Shown here piece after piece: positions 24,786 to 37,800 of a stretch of 64,000 nucleotides of DNA (position 1 is the stretch's first letter; each line of letters opens with the position of its first letter). The notes beneath the pieces are model-generated. The model was not told the origin of the DNA. It saw nothing but the letters and a program-made list of their open reading frames with translations, and searched no databases. Location of the stretch: the NCBI GenBank assembly GCA_040954595.2, contig CM082581.2, forward strand, positions 9,341,878 through 9,405,877, written 5' to 3'. The stretch comes from Balanoglossus misakiensis. Taxonomy: Eukaryota > Animalia > Hemichordata. The translations under genes and the position numbers were made by a program.

Positions 24786-26907
24786 ATGGCCGAACAAATT
24801 CAGAAAACTTTAAAAGGCAATATTACATCCGTGAGTTTATAATATTTCCAGACTTCTCATGTTTTAGGTGTCAGTTTGTGTGTGATGTGTGGTATATGCA
24901 TGTATATCCATGTGTGTTTTAATTTATCTGTGTACATGTATGTAGTGTGAGTGGGCCTATGCTAAGTTCAAATGCAAAACAGTAGTTGGTAGAGTTTACA
25001 AACTCATCCATTTGACATTTTCTTCACATGCAAGGCAGCTGCATACCAACAGAAGTACCCAATTTATGATGATGAATTGGACAAGATCGACATAACTCAA
25101 GAAGAGAAGGAGTTAAGATGCAAGTTAGCCGCTCTCTACAGATTGATGGATTTCCACGGATGGACAATGAATATCTTCAGTCATTTAACTGTAAGAATCA
25201 GTAAACTCAGTCTGTTGGAGTTATTTTTGCACATGCAGTGTGGTCACATATGCAAAGTAGAGTCTCTCTCATATTCTACTTCTCTCACTGCTCATGTTAA
25301 AGGTACATGGTCACCCCTAATTTGCATATGCCTGTATATTTTCAAAAGGATGTGTCTTAGTCTTCGAGTGAAGATTAAAGACACACCCATGCATTGTGGT
25401 CCTCTGTGTATAATTTCTTGTAGGCCAAGCTGTCCTCTGAAGAACATTTCTTAATCAATCCGTTTGGATTGTTGTACCACGAAGTGACTGCATCGAGTCT
25501 GCTCAAGATTGATTTGGAAGGGGAGGTTATTGGCCAAGGCAGCACAGACTATGGTGTCAACAAGGCTGGCTGGACTCTGCATTCTGCCGTACACGCTGCC
25601 AGACCAGATATCAAGTGTGTCGTGCACCTGCACACGCCAGCTGGGGGTGCAGTGAGTAATTATCACTTTTCAAATTGTGTGCATTTTAATCTCCATAGTA
25701 CCATGACAACTATGCACAGATTACAGTGAAGTTACCGAGGCTGGACCTCATGGGATTGGAGAATATGTGAAATGTCATCTTTATGTTTCAGGTATCATGC
25801 ATGAAGTGTGGGTTACTAAGGTGCTCTCAAGAATCCCTGGTTATTGGAGATGTAGCATATCACCCTTACAGTGGTATCCTGGTGGATGAAAAGGAAAGGA
25901 AGTTGATTGCAGAGAATCTCGGACCCACCACAAAGGTATGCTAGCAATCATAGAGAGTATAGAAGCTAGGAGACTTCTAGCATCTGTGGTACTATCTGTG
26001 AAATTATTCCAGAGATTTTAATTTGTGGGCATAGAAAGTGATCTGTTCTTTTTCCTGAGGAAAGGATAATTTCCTAAGTACTGGTAAACTCAATAAAATT
26101 GCATAAACCTTCTGTCACGTTTTACAGGTCATGATTTTGCACAACCATGGTATTTTGGTCTGCGGAGAGACTGTGGAAGAGGCATATTTTCTGACATATT
26201 TTTTAATGCTAGCATGTGAAACACAGGTAATGAAAAAACTGTACATCATACGTGCATTGTGCAATTATTCTTATACAACAACCTCATTCACAAAATCTAT
26301 AAATATGAACCATTGGCTCTACTACACATGTAATAAGAAAAACTTTCTCTGATAATATGTTGTCTAGCTGTGCTGTATTGTGCTTGTCTTTGCAAATGAC
26401 CTAGCAAATGTGTTATTTGACCCTCTGTGAATGTTATTCAGGTTCGCTTGATGTCCTGTGGTGGCTTGGACAACATGATTATCATCGATGAGCAGACGAC
26501 CAAAAAGGTCCACGAAGTTATACATGAAGGACAGTTGCGTACAAAAGACAAGTCGGCGTGGCAGTATGGAGAGATGGAATTTGAAGCAGTCATGAGAATG
26601 CTGGATGACATGGTGAGGCCAAAAGAAAATGGATCAGTGAGAATTCAGATAATGACTTAGCATTGATCAAAGATGAAATTGTATTACCTCTATTGTGGGC
26701 ACTTGCATTGAAGCTGATGCAGGAATATTTATATTTCTGTGTGTTTGTGTATATGAATATCAGATGCATTTTGTTTGCACCCAGTTTCATTTGAATCCTG
26801 TGTTACTACCACTGTTTCAGGGTTTGAAAACTGGTTACCCATACAAGAAAATGATCAAGTCGGCAACTGAAGAGAGGGACAGCAAAGACAAACAAGAAAA
26901 AGAATGA
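24786..26907 (+). CDS. Head-only adducin paralog 2 (309 aa)
   Basis: Exons 24786-24830, 25035-25190 (AAG acceptor), 25424-25651, 25792-25935, 26128-26226, 26442-26612, 26821-26907 (930 nt, all phase 0). Motifs [41 protein letters not shown] at 27393. Confidence 0.9.
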
Positions 26908-28479
26908 ACAAAAACAAAACCAATCTGGTTACTCAGACCTTGTATACATTTGGTCACCTTCACAGAAGTTTTACTGCATTCAATCATTTGCATAAATGAT
27001 TTTGATTTTAATTCTGATTTCGATACTGTATTGAAGTCCAGTAGGACCCAAACTGAAGATGTGTGACACGAAATCTAACATAGTGAGTCAGCCAATCAGT
27101 TCGACTGAGCCACATGGTGGGAAACAGAGTATGCAATCTGAATGCTGATTGGACAAAATTCGAGCTTTCCTGAAACGCAGGCTGGATAATAGAATGCCTG
27201 CTTTCTGTTCTGATGATTAAGCTTTTTGTACACCAAATCTTTCTCAGTGATAGAAATAAGAACAATATTGTACAGAATGGAATTTGTTGCTCTTTTAATA
27301 ACGCAAAACACATACTTTTGTGGATTATGAATCAATCTACATGTACTTTAACGTGATTGGCCAATGCATCAGGCACCTGGAAAGCCGGGGCCAATAAATA
27401 AAGAATGTTGTTGAGTCAGTTTTATTGTGTAGTCTTTTTGTCGTGTTTTCTATGTTTAAACTGGGAGCATGGAAATGTTTATGCATGGAAGCGTTATCTG
27501 TTTTTGAAGAAGATGACTACATTCATGGCAATGCATCCATGTGTTGATTTGGCTTATTGAGACAAGCAGAAAGTTTGTTCGACATTTATCGCTATCATGC
27601 CTGTATGGACCATAACGGCTGCTCTGCAGGAGTTGACGTTACTAGAACCATAGACAGTTCGTGAAGAAAACGTGAACTGATGCCTAGCCCCTGAACTGTG
27701 GCGATGACATCATATTAAAGTAGCGCAGCCAGCGGTATGAATTGTGAGAAGAAAAGAGCGGAATGTGAAAAGAAAAGGTGGAACAAAGACCCATTCACGT
27801 ACTCCAGGGCAGTATCTGGCCAATTTAGAGGTCATTTTAATCTGCTGTACTTTCCTTATAAGGTAACTATAGCATTTCTGTTTCAAGATAGCTTTACTCT
27901 GCAGAACACTGGCTTTTATGAGTAATTGTGGATTTCTGGGTTTTAAAAGTACTTTTAAAGTTTCGAGACACGGTTGTTTAATGTCACGTCGAATTTATAA
28001 CGCTGTAATCATGTTGAATTTGACCTAAGTAGACGGTCGTCTAAATCAGGTCAGTACTGAAATCATTGTCGAGCCACTGTCAGAATATATATGGCGTTAT
28101 TTGCCGTTAGCAAGACGTCAGTTATTGACGTTGTATTCTCGATATACCAGTACGTTCCCATGATTGCTCCATGTAATTCCGTACTGACTTCGAAACTTGC
28201 CGACGTCGCGACCTAATGTCGACCGTGACTCAACGTCTATTTGAGGTCAGGGCCGCTCCTGCTGCGGTAATTTTCGTGGAAATGTGTATGTAGGCTGCTG
28301 GTATCTAGTGAATGAGGAGTATATTGTCTTCGAACCTCACTAAATGCATTTTGTAAATACAAATGTATAGACAAAATTGCACCTAGTGTCTTTTGTTTAG
28401 TTCTAGGGATTCTTAACTTTTTTTTTCATTTTCCCCGCACTTTATGACCTGATAAGAGTGGACTCCGAATATATCAGCG

Positions 28480-31205
28480 ATGAACGAAGAGCTGGAGAAA
28501 ATTTTAGACAGCAAATTTAAAGCTGTAAGTTCTCTGTTCTTATCATTTTAAAATGGAGTTATTCGGAAGGAACTGAAAATCGATCAAAAGTTTTTGATGC
28601 ATCATATAAATTATCGCACGCATCCATATATTGCTCGTTTTATGCCAGGCTGGTCCCCATCAACACAAGTTCCCAATATATGACGATGAATTGGACAAAC
28701 GTGTCTCCAGCAAGGAGGAACGGGAGCTACGGTGCAAATTAGCTGCTCTCTACCGGTTGGTGGATTTCAGAGGCTGGGTATCCGGAATCTACAACCATCT
28801 AACGGTAAGTATGGCTACGTTGACTGAGGGAGTACTGGGCCAATACATGCTCAGCATCCTCGCAATTTACGAAGTGAAATAAATTCGGGTGAACCCTATT
28901 AAAAGAATTCAATTTACAACACTTCGATAGTGATTTCAATCTCTCATTGTAACACCAAAGGCTAGAGTATCCACCGATGACGAACATTTCTTGATCAACC
29001 CATTCGGACTGTTTTACTATGAAGTAACAGCATCAAGTCTGGTCAAGGTTGACTTGGAAGGTAACATCTTAGAGCCAGGCACCACCGACTACGGTTGCAA
29101 CAAGGCAGGCTGGACTCTCCACTCGGCTATACACGCTGCCAGGCCGGACATCCAGTGTGTCATCCATCTGCACACACCGGCTGGAGTCGCTGTGAGTCCT
29201 TGTCTTCAGAATACTTTCAAGTTATTCCTTTGTTTTTTTTTTATTTCGGACCGTGCATATATATACCACAGTTTTTTGAGACCGATTATATATGCCTATA
29301 CCGTCGCCATATGGCCTCTGGACTATTAACACAGTTCCATTCAAACAATCTTTTTCCCTTTCGGGCGACGGTATGCCTATATCGCAAACGGCTGTGGCGT
29401 TCACAAGCTATAAAGATGATATAAACCAGTCGTGTATAGTTCTCAGTGTACCGCACCGAAAAGACAGCTGGCCTGGAGTAGTACCCACATGTTGAATTTG
29501 CAAGTTATTGGCGTGACAGGTGATGCAACTGACGTAGATCCTCACGATGTCAATCACATACTGGGTTTTACTATCGATTGGAAAAGAAGAACTATAGTGA
29601 ATGAATGCCTATGCTATGGTTTTTCTATGCATGCAGGTGTCTTGTATGAAATTTGGCCTGCTGAGATGTTCTCAAGAATCCATGCTCATTGGTGACGTGG
29701 CTTATCACCCCTACAGCGGTATTTTAGTGGATGAAAAGGAGAGGAAGTTGATCGCAGAGAATCTTGGACCAACAAAAAAGGTGATGATTAAATGACAATA
29801 TCCACACTGTTCAACATCCCCTATGTTTGAAATAGTGTAATTTGCATGGAATAACAGCATACCAACTTTGTAATGTAAACTCTATCTAGCACAACTGACA
29901 AGTTGTATTATTTTTTTTTCCAGATCATGATTTTGCAAAATCATGGTTTGGTGGTGTGCGGAGAAACTATAGAAGAGGCATACATGCTCCTGCGATTGCT
30001 AATCGGTGCATGCGAAGTTCAGGTAGGAACAGAAAAGCGTTTTGTACATCATAAAGACAGCAAAAACACACGAGACAGTTCAATCCTGTGAGATGTTTGA
30101 TGGACTCAATCTCGTTCGTTTGCACACTAAAATGACGTATTTTCTATAACTCCCTGCGCATATCTAATCGAACACTGAATTCCCAACAACGTGGCGGTCG
30201 AAATTAAATACTAGTAAGTATTTCCCACGTGACGCATTCAACAAGTCAATTGAAAACATATCGCATCTGTGCAAATAATTGCAGAATATTGAAGCAGGTG
30301 GTTCTAGTGTCAGTCGAGTCATGTGTAGTGATACACCTGGGTTATACACCATAGTCCCATGTGAACGAGTTCGGCCACCGTCTATGCTATGGGCCGTCCT
30401 GTACACATGTACACGAAATAAAGGGGTTCAATAGGCGCACGCAGAGCTCACAAGCGACTCTGATTGGTAATTGAATTTCAGGTGCGTTTACTGTCGTCTT
30501 GTGGCCTGGACAACGTGATCATGATGAGTGAGCAACAGGCGCAAGAGGTCCACGGCGTTATACGACGCCAACGGGTGCGACTCAGCAAAGACGACACTGC
30601 ATGGAAATTCGGAGAGGTGGAATTCGAAGCTGCAATGAGGATGCTGGACAATATGGTGATGAAGGATGTCTTATAATTTGCGTGTACCCCCCAAAAAAGA
30701 ATGCACTTTGTTAGGCAAACACTAATATTTCGCGTTTATAAAATCAACTGACAACTTATGGATATCACATAAACCAACCATGTTGCTTTGGACTGAGTAA
30801 AGTTAGTTGCAGATTCTGGGCTTTTTGTACAATTCGCAATAGTACATGTTGATAGATACCGCAAAGCCTTTAAATGTGGGGGCATTTTGGTTATTTTATT
30901 TCGTCGGAAAGCCTATCACGTATTTTCATTGTCCTAACATTTAGTCACCCTTTATATGTCTCATTACTAATCAAATTTCTTACACAGTACTAGACAATTT
31001 AGACGGCATTTCACTGTGGGTTGAATTATGCCCTGCCGTGGGTCTCTCATGATGAGAAACTGGATGTACGTATAAAACCAGTGTGTGGCATTTGTTTCAG
31101 GGCTTGAAAAGTGGATACCCGTACAGAAAGCTAATGAAATCTGTGCCTAAGGACGACGGGAAAGGTGAACAAGACGTCGACAAAGAACAGAAGGACGAAA
31201 ATTGA
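28480..31205 (+). CDS. Head-only adducin paralog 3 (317 aa)
   Basis: Exons 28480-28524, 28649-28804, 28961-29191 (AAG acceptor), 29637-29780, 29924-30022, 30482-30655, 31101-31205 (954 nt, all phase 0). Motifs [57 protein letters not shown] at 31534 and 31555. Confidence 0.9.
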
Positions 31206-31769
31206 ACACAATGGAAGTAACGGGCTGTCGTATACGTCTGCTCAGGATGGGTGTGCCAGATGGGGGAAGGAAAAATTGACTTCGAAACTTCTATTCGGGG
31301 GATTTTTAACGCGCGCTCTAGCCTTTTAACTTTATCAAAACTGATTTTACTGACTCAAATTCTTTTAGGATTTTCTGTCCTTGGCTCTGCTAAACGCAAA
31401 CTTACTAACCGTGACATATCCAAGAAAACGTATGATTTAATTTCTACAGTCAATGTGCTTCCATGAATTGACATTGGCTGTTAATTGTGTGGTGGAAATC
31501 CTGTTTTTAATCCAGTTGCTCTTATATAAAGCTAATAAAAACATGCGTCAGTTCAATAAAAAGACAACCAAATGCGACTAGTGTTAAAGCAAAAGGTGTA
31601 ATGAATATCGCAGTAAGCAGCATATGAAAATTCAAGACAGAGATCGCCTACAGTTCTTTCAGATGTGAAGGGCGCCACCTTTCTCGATATGCAAATACTA
31701 CAGATGAACATTACACACAGAGATGAGGAGTCCAAATTCCAGATGTGTGTATGCTACGACCGGTGTAAC

Positions 31770-31869
31770 ATGGCGAGAAGTTCTACGAAGAGTTATACGT
31801 TGCTAACTTTCATTTTGAACGGTATAATTGCTTATTCCGCCAGCAGTAATAACACAGTGTGGTCGGAAG
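31770..31869 (+). CDS. Candidate distal first exon (signal peptide) of the Cys-rich/Ig/EGF gene
   Basis: aacATGGcg start context; encodes MARSSTKSYTLLTFILNGIIAYSASSNNTVWSE; strong AAG|GTGAGT phase-1 donor compatible with the phase-1 acceptor at 41091; lies in a locally CpG-rich segment. Confidence 0.6.
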
Positions 31870-34800
31870 GTGAGTCCGAATCCTATTCCGAAAAAGTGGC
31901 CTCTTTCTGAGGTTCAAAAGAGCAGACGAATCTTCGCACCTCTGCATGCTGGTGGTGGTCTGCAAGTCGCGTCAAAGTTTTCGTTCGTCTCCGCTGTTGT
32001 GTGACGGCCATATACGCGGTCATATTGTTTGTTTCCCGGTCTGTTGTGTCACAAAACGAGCTGCACGTTCGACATGGACGTGTGAACGACTTGCAAACCG
32101 CACACACAAGCAATGCACTGTATTTTTGGCCATTCGGACTGTGCGTGTAAAGCGTGTACATTTCATTTGCCACCACCACGCCATTGGTCTCGGTGCAACT
32201 GCTGAAGTGTTTTGATTATGTCAATGGTTCTGTACGGTTTTAGAATTTTATGTGACAATAATTAACGAATTAGGATTTTTACTCTTCGTACGCACGCACT
32301 CAAAATGAATATTTTCCTCGACGAAAAGAACTGGGTTGCGATGCAGTTATTTGTGACAAAAGTCTCAGTGAATACGACAACTATATTGCAAAGTAAATAT
32401 GACATGTGAACTTCTGCAGTGGCAGCTGTGTACACCGTTGCTTACGTTGTACAAAGTCCAGTGAGAAATTATGACTATACTGGCATATATATTTTATTCT
32501 CTGATAAGGAGAGAGATAAGTGGCGTCCTTGCATCAGTCTGAGTCAGTGTCTGATATTTTATAAAATATGAGTTGTGGCATTGGTAGTTTCTAAGTCTGG
32601 AGTCATGAACCCCCCCCCCCCCCCTGAAAAAAGGTAAAATTGGGAAGAACTTTAAAATACACCTGATAGACCACCTTGTATGGTCTGACTGGTTATTTCA
32701 CTGACTTCGTGTTGACATTCAGAGAGTTGCCTACCTCCCTGTGATAATTTTGGCTGAGAACAGGTGAAATGTGACATTCTATCCCGGGAGTGGCCACTTC
32801 AAGGAAACATAAGACGACAAAAACATTTATACTTTTACACCTTCCGAGTGGGTGTCATCAAGTGCTGTATAAAGCCCTCTTGTGTTTGTTTTTAAAAATT
32901 TTCAAGTTTAACTTTCTACTCTCAACATGTTCAAACTGACAGACGGACAACTCAGAATCCGCTCGGACAATCAAAGTTCTGATAATTATGCCAGTTGTCT
33001 TCCTTCTGGCTTCTTTTAAATTTGTGCAAGTTGAAAAGTCCAGACATTTTCACACCACAGTTCTTTTCAAAGCCAGTGACTCCAGGAATGCATCAGTGTG
33101 TTGTGTATGTTTCATCAGTGGAAAGTAGGACAGTAGATTCTATTCCATTGTAAACACAGTGTGTGTTTTCCTTCAGAATCAATACCACTACAGTGACATG
33201 TCTTTGTTGATCTTCAGGCTTCCACTTTCACAAAGTTATAAAGGAGAAAGAAAGTTTAACAAAGTATAAGAAAGTAGGAAAACATGACCCTTCTTTTGAG
33301 GACCATGCATAACTTTTCTCACGCCGCAAAGAAGTTGAAGCAACTTTACAGTAGCTGGCCTGTCAAGTTTCATTCTAGCAATTAGCAAGGACCAACCAAA
33401 ATAATGTGACAAGGCATACTGTTAGCGTGAACGTTACATGATCTTTAGAATGTCAGGTCATGTAAATCTTGTCAGTCACAGCTATAAGTCCCCCTTCTCT
33501 CCCGACTGCTATCACCGCCACTTGCATGTTAGAGAGGCTTGCGCTAGTCTAATTCCGTTGTTGTTAGTCTCGCTCATACAGACTTTGGAGCCAGTAACAC
33601 TTGGGCAATCTGTTGAGAAGACTGACTGGCCACATTATGTCTGATATTAACTGACCGCCACTTGAAAAGAAAAATTACGTTCACATTACAGACTCAGATT
33701 TTCATTTGTAAGCAGTGGGATAGTTCCAAAAGACTGTTTCTCTGGTGTTACATGTCCAGTGGTACATGTATGTGGTAAACCGCACAGCTATAGAATGTGT
33801 GTGTTCATGCTTCCTGCCAGACTGTGTTGGCAGTGCTCTTTTGTGACAAAGTCTGCATGGCGATATGTGAACCCGGGTCGAATGGTGCTTTGTAATTCCA
33901 TCCACTGCAGGCTGCTACAAAGCTCAGTGTATATACTGGTACACAGTATTTTTTACCAGTGGAGTGGTTCACTAGTGCTTCCCTCTCAGCCCTGCATTGT
34001 TTCCATTGAATGTTTGAACTAAAAAAACGTCTTAATGTTGAGAGTGAATTCTCCAGTGTACTGGTGAAATCTATCACTGCAATGGTATGTCAAAATTTGA
34101 AGTACATTGTACTCTCCTCCTGTGCTTGTATGCAAGGCTGTTTATTTTGTTGGTTGTACAGCTATGAAGTGTGCCTTTTTTCACACAGTGGAAGTATTAG
34201 GATACAATCTGCAGTCTAATTTCAGCAGAGCCCATGACACTCTCCAGACAAGAAACTCGGTGCAACAGAGATGGTTTGAGATTGTCTACATGATTGGTTA
34301 TAGTGCTCAGTCTGAAGGTGATGTCGCCTACAAGCACACGATAATCTGTCACGCATCACCTCACATCACCATAGTCCTTCCCAAACCACATGTACTGGTC
34401 AGTAAAACTGTGAAATTTCTCTGTTGGGTGGATAAGACCCCCTGCTGAGTACAAGGACTCTTGTAAACTTACACCAGTTCCTCATTGCTTTGTGTGCAAC
34501 CTTCAAATGCAAAACAATGAGTGTGTATGAAAACTACTCACTGACTCTCTGAGATATATTCTTATATTTCGTGCTTCACAATGTTTTTCTGATATTCAGA
34601 TTGGCCAATAATTCTGTGTGCGAAGAGATTTAAGTCACCTGTTAATTAATGATTAGGGCCTTAATTCGAAAATAAACACAAACATCTTTATCTCAGCTTT
34701 TGAAAGTCTTGATGCTATCAGATTTTTATTCAAGGCATAATAGATGAAATGTGTTAAAAGCTACATACATGATAAAAGTATTGATAAGGAATCAGTGTAT

Positions 34801-37800
34801 TGACATGAAATGATTTTATCACAAAGTTTGGACACCAGTGGTTTGACCAAATGCCTCTCTGATGTGGAGCCATCTAGACTATTGTGTTCAGTTCAGACAT
34901 GTACAGGTACATGTACTTCAAGAAGAAAACCAGTGTTTTGTTGATTACAGTAATGAGGGTAGAGAGGAGACAGTAATGGCAATTAAAAACAAAAGATGGT
35001 TAATGAGAGCTATTGTGATCTAGAGTGTTCTGATTATCCCAGCCGTGTAGCAATTGTGAAATCAATCAGAGAACAATAAAAAGACAGCAATTTACATGTG
35101 CCAGCAGTGTTATATTTCCTGCATGAGGTCATTACTGAGAAGTGGTCATTATCACCTTTTCTCATTAGTTGATGTTGCTTCAATCTACAATATAATAGAC
35201 CTCATAAATGGAAACTGTGAAAACAAAACTTGTAAAACAAAAGAACCTCCTGCTGTATGTTGTTCATAGATACACTGTCAAGTGTCTTCGACAGACTTGT
35301 TGACTCTTCTGATATTGTCCCCAATTCATTATGGCAGCCCATGGAGACACCCAGTCTGTCAGCTACAGGTTTTATTTCATATCGTCAGAATGAGTAAGCT
35401 TATCTTTAAGTGCAAAACAATAAAAAGTTTTAATTTCCTCCACTTAAACCAGTTGTCACCTCACCCTCTTTGAAAAGTGGTGGGTTTTGATGATGGGGAG
35501 GGAAAGTAGTCTCAGTACAATACAAAGAAGGCTGGTGTTTCGTAGCTTGGAATCGAAACGTTTAATGAAAAGCACCACGAAGCAGTTGCTAATGAAAGTT
35601 ACAATTGGCTCCCTTTCATTCCCCCAAAGTAAGACCATCAATAGCCTAGTACCAAGGCATGTGTTGTCCACGTTGCACCAAAACTAGTTTGGAAGCAAAC
35701 TTGTGTGGAGTGACCGTGATTATGCATAAGCCCCTTTTCCTAGTGGAGTCATCTTAGAAGCCTCTCGGTCTCCAGAAAGAAGCCCTACCCATCATATGAA
35801 AACCAACTGTCCAGAAATCCTAGAGGTCGAAGGTCAAATAGATAAAAGACATCATCCACTATTTAATATAAGGCCGGGCTGTCAACCCCATCCGTGCATA
35901 CAGTGATACACATTGCATGTAAACTGCTTGGTTACTCAGTTTGAATCTTTTTGTTTTTGAATTGCAATCTTGTAAATCTGTCTGATGCCAGCTAGTCTGA
36001 TGATAACCGCTTTTTTGGCCATGAAAAGACTTATCTGACAATTAACATGGCATTTTACCAGTTGGAAAGAATTACTGTTATGGGCAGGGGTAGCTTGGAG
36101 AGGATGGCATGTCCAGTTTCAACTGGGGTGAGATTAGTGGTTGTCTGGAGACAAGGTCACCCTCAAGGCATGTCAGCAAGGCTTAGAGAAAAGATACTGG
36201 TCAGCTCACACGAGAAATGTCACTGGAGTGTCAAAAAATTTAGAAATGGGTGTTGTAAAATAATACAAGGACTTAATGCAGTTAGATTAGCTGTGATTTG
36301 CTTGAAATGACTTTATTGGGGTCTAAATTTATTGGAGCCAACCTATTCAAAGATTTTGTTGGAGTGTATGTAAAGTTCATCATGTTTCAGGTTGTGCAGA
36401 GTGGTGTTCAGTACCTTGCAAACATGTAAGGAGACACAGAACAGATCCCTGCCCGGTACTTTGGATTAACAATCAGTCACGGTACTTGAAATAAAATTTC
36501 AAATCCCCAGTGAGTATCGCATGTTTCCAAAGTGTTCTTTACTACACTGGAACAACCGGTACAACTTGTAAACTGACTTCAAAGGATCACAGAGGATTAA
36601 CATCACTTCTGTTGAAGGTGATACATGAAAATTGCCCCATTTCTACACTGATGTCGGTGTTCAAAGGATATGTTGTTTACCGCTTGCCCCACTGCGCATT
36701 ATGCACACTCCTGTTCTTTGTATTCTTAAGTTGCAAAGGCTTGCCTAGTTCAAGAAATCAGTGACTTTTGTGTCAAGTTTTTCCAGACCTGCCTCAGGGA
36801 ATATAAACAACATCACATTATGGCGCAGTATGATGTGCTTTTGGAATTCTCAGTTTGTTTTCCTTTTGCCACGTTGAGGCGTGACTTGTCTTTCACAAAA
36901 GAGACTGCACTTTCAAACTTGTATAAAAGCTGGATACAATATGGGAAGTATTACCTGGAAACCTAATACAGGATGTGAATTGCATGATGATTTATCTGTA
37001 TAGAGGAATTGTGAGAAATTAATGGAATCAATTTTGACGGGTATAGGGTACACTGTTTAAACCAGTTTACCTCCTGCCTTTTCTTGGTTCAGCTAAAACC
37101 TGACATGTTGATGTACTTAACATTTCAAGTTTTATCAGTCTTGACAGTTATTGATCATGAAATGGGAGATCACATTTCAATGTTGTATCTCAGCTACACC
37201 CATGTAACACCATGTTCAAATCTGAGCCACACTGGTTTCACTCTTTTTCGAGATCCTACGAGGAAACTATGTAAAGCTGGTCCATACGTCCATGTCCTGT
37301 GGTCTGTGTGGTAAAAGAATTTCCGCATAGTTTCACGCAAGTGTATTCTCTTGGCAGCCACAAAGCATCAATCGTTTCCAGAAAGACAAAGAGCAGAAGT
37401 TGGTTGTGTGGTGTACATCTTGTGTTCCTGTTTAGCATTTACAGCTTGGGAAATTCTTGAATTCTATTTGCATAATCCTTAAAACTTCCCAAGTACCAGC
37501 AAGATGGATAACCACATATTGGAGCAGCATATACATGTAGTAATTGCATTTTCTTTGTGATGCTTCAGCTACTTGTAGCGGCTGTTGTTCTGTACTTGTG
37601 TCGGTCCCATCGCTGCATCAAATAGCAAACATGGAAGTTGGAGAGTGGACGGAACTAAAGAAGCTAGGCCTAATTCACTTTATCCGTTCAAGCATAAAAA
37701 TGAATTAAACAGTTTCTAATCTAAATGCTGAATGCTAGAATGGTAGGGAACAAGAAAGAGTAATTGATGAGATGAGAAATGGTTAAGCGTGTATACTGGG

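Noticed and set aside
20744-31205. Horizontal transfer of bacterial class II aldolases as the origin of the paralogs
   Set aside because: Shared intron positions and shared residues ([13 protein letters not shown]) with the adjacent adducin point to local duplication.
37560-37625. Short signal-peptide-like ORF (MLQLLVAAVVLYLC...) as a third alternative first exon
   Set aside because: It stops after 21 codons and has no usable phase-1 donor.
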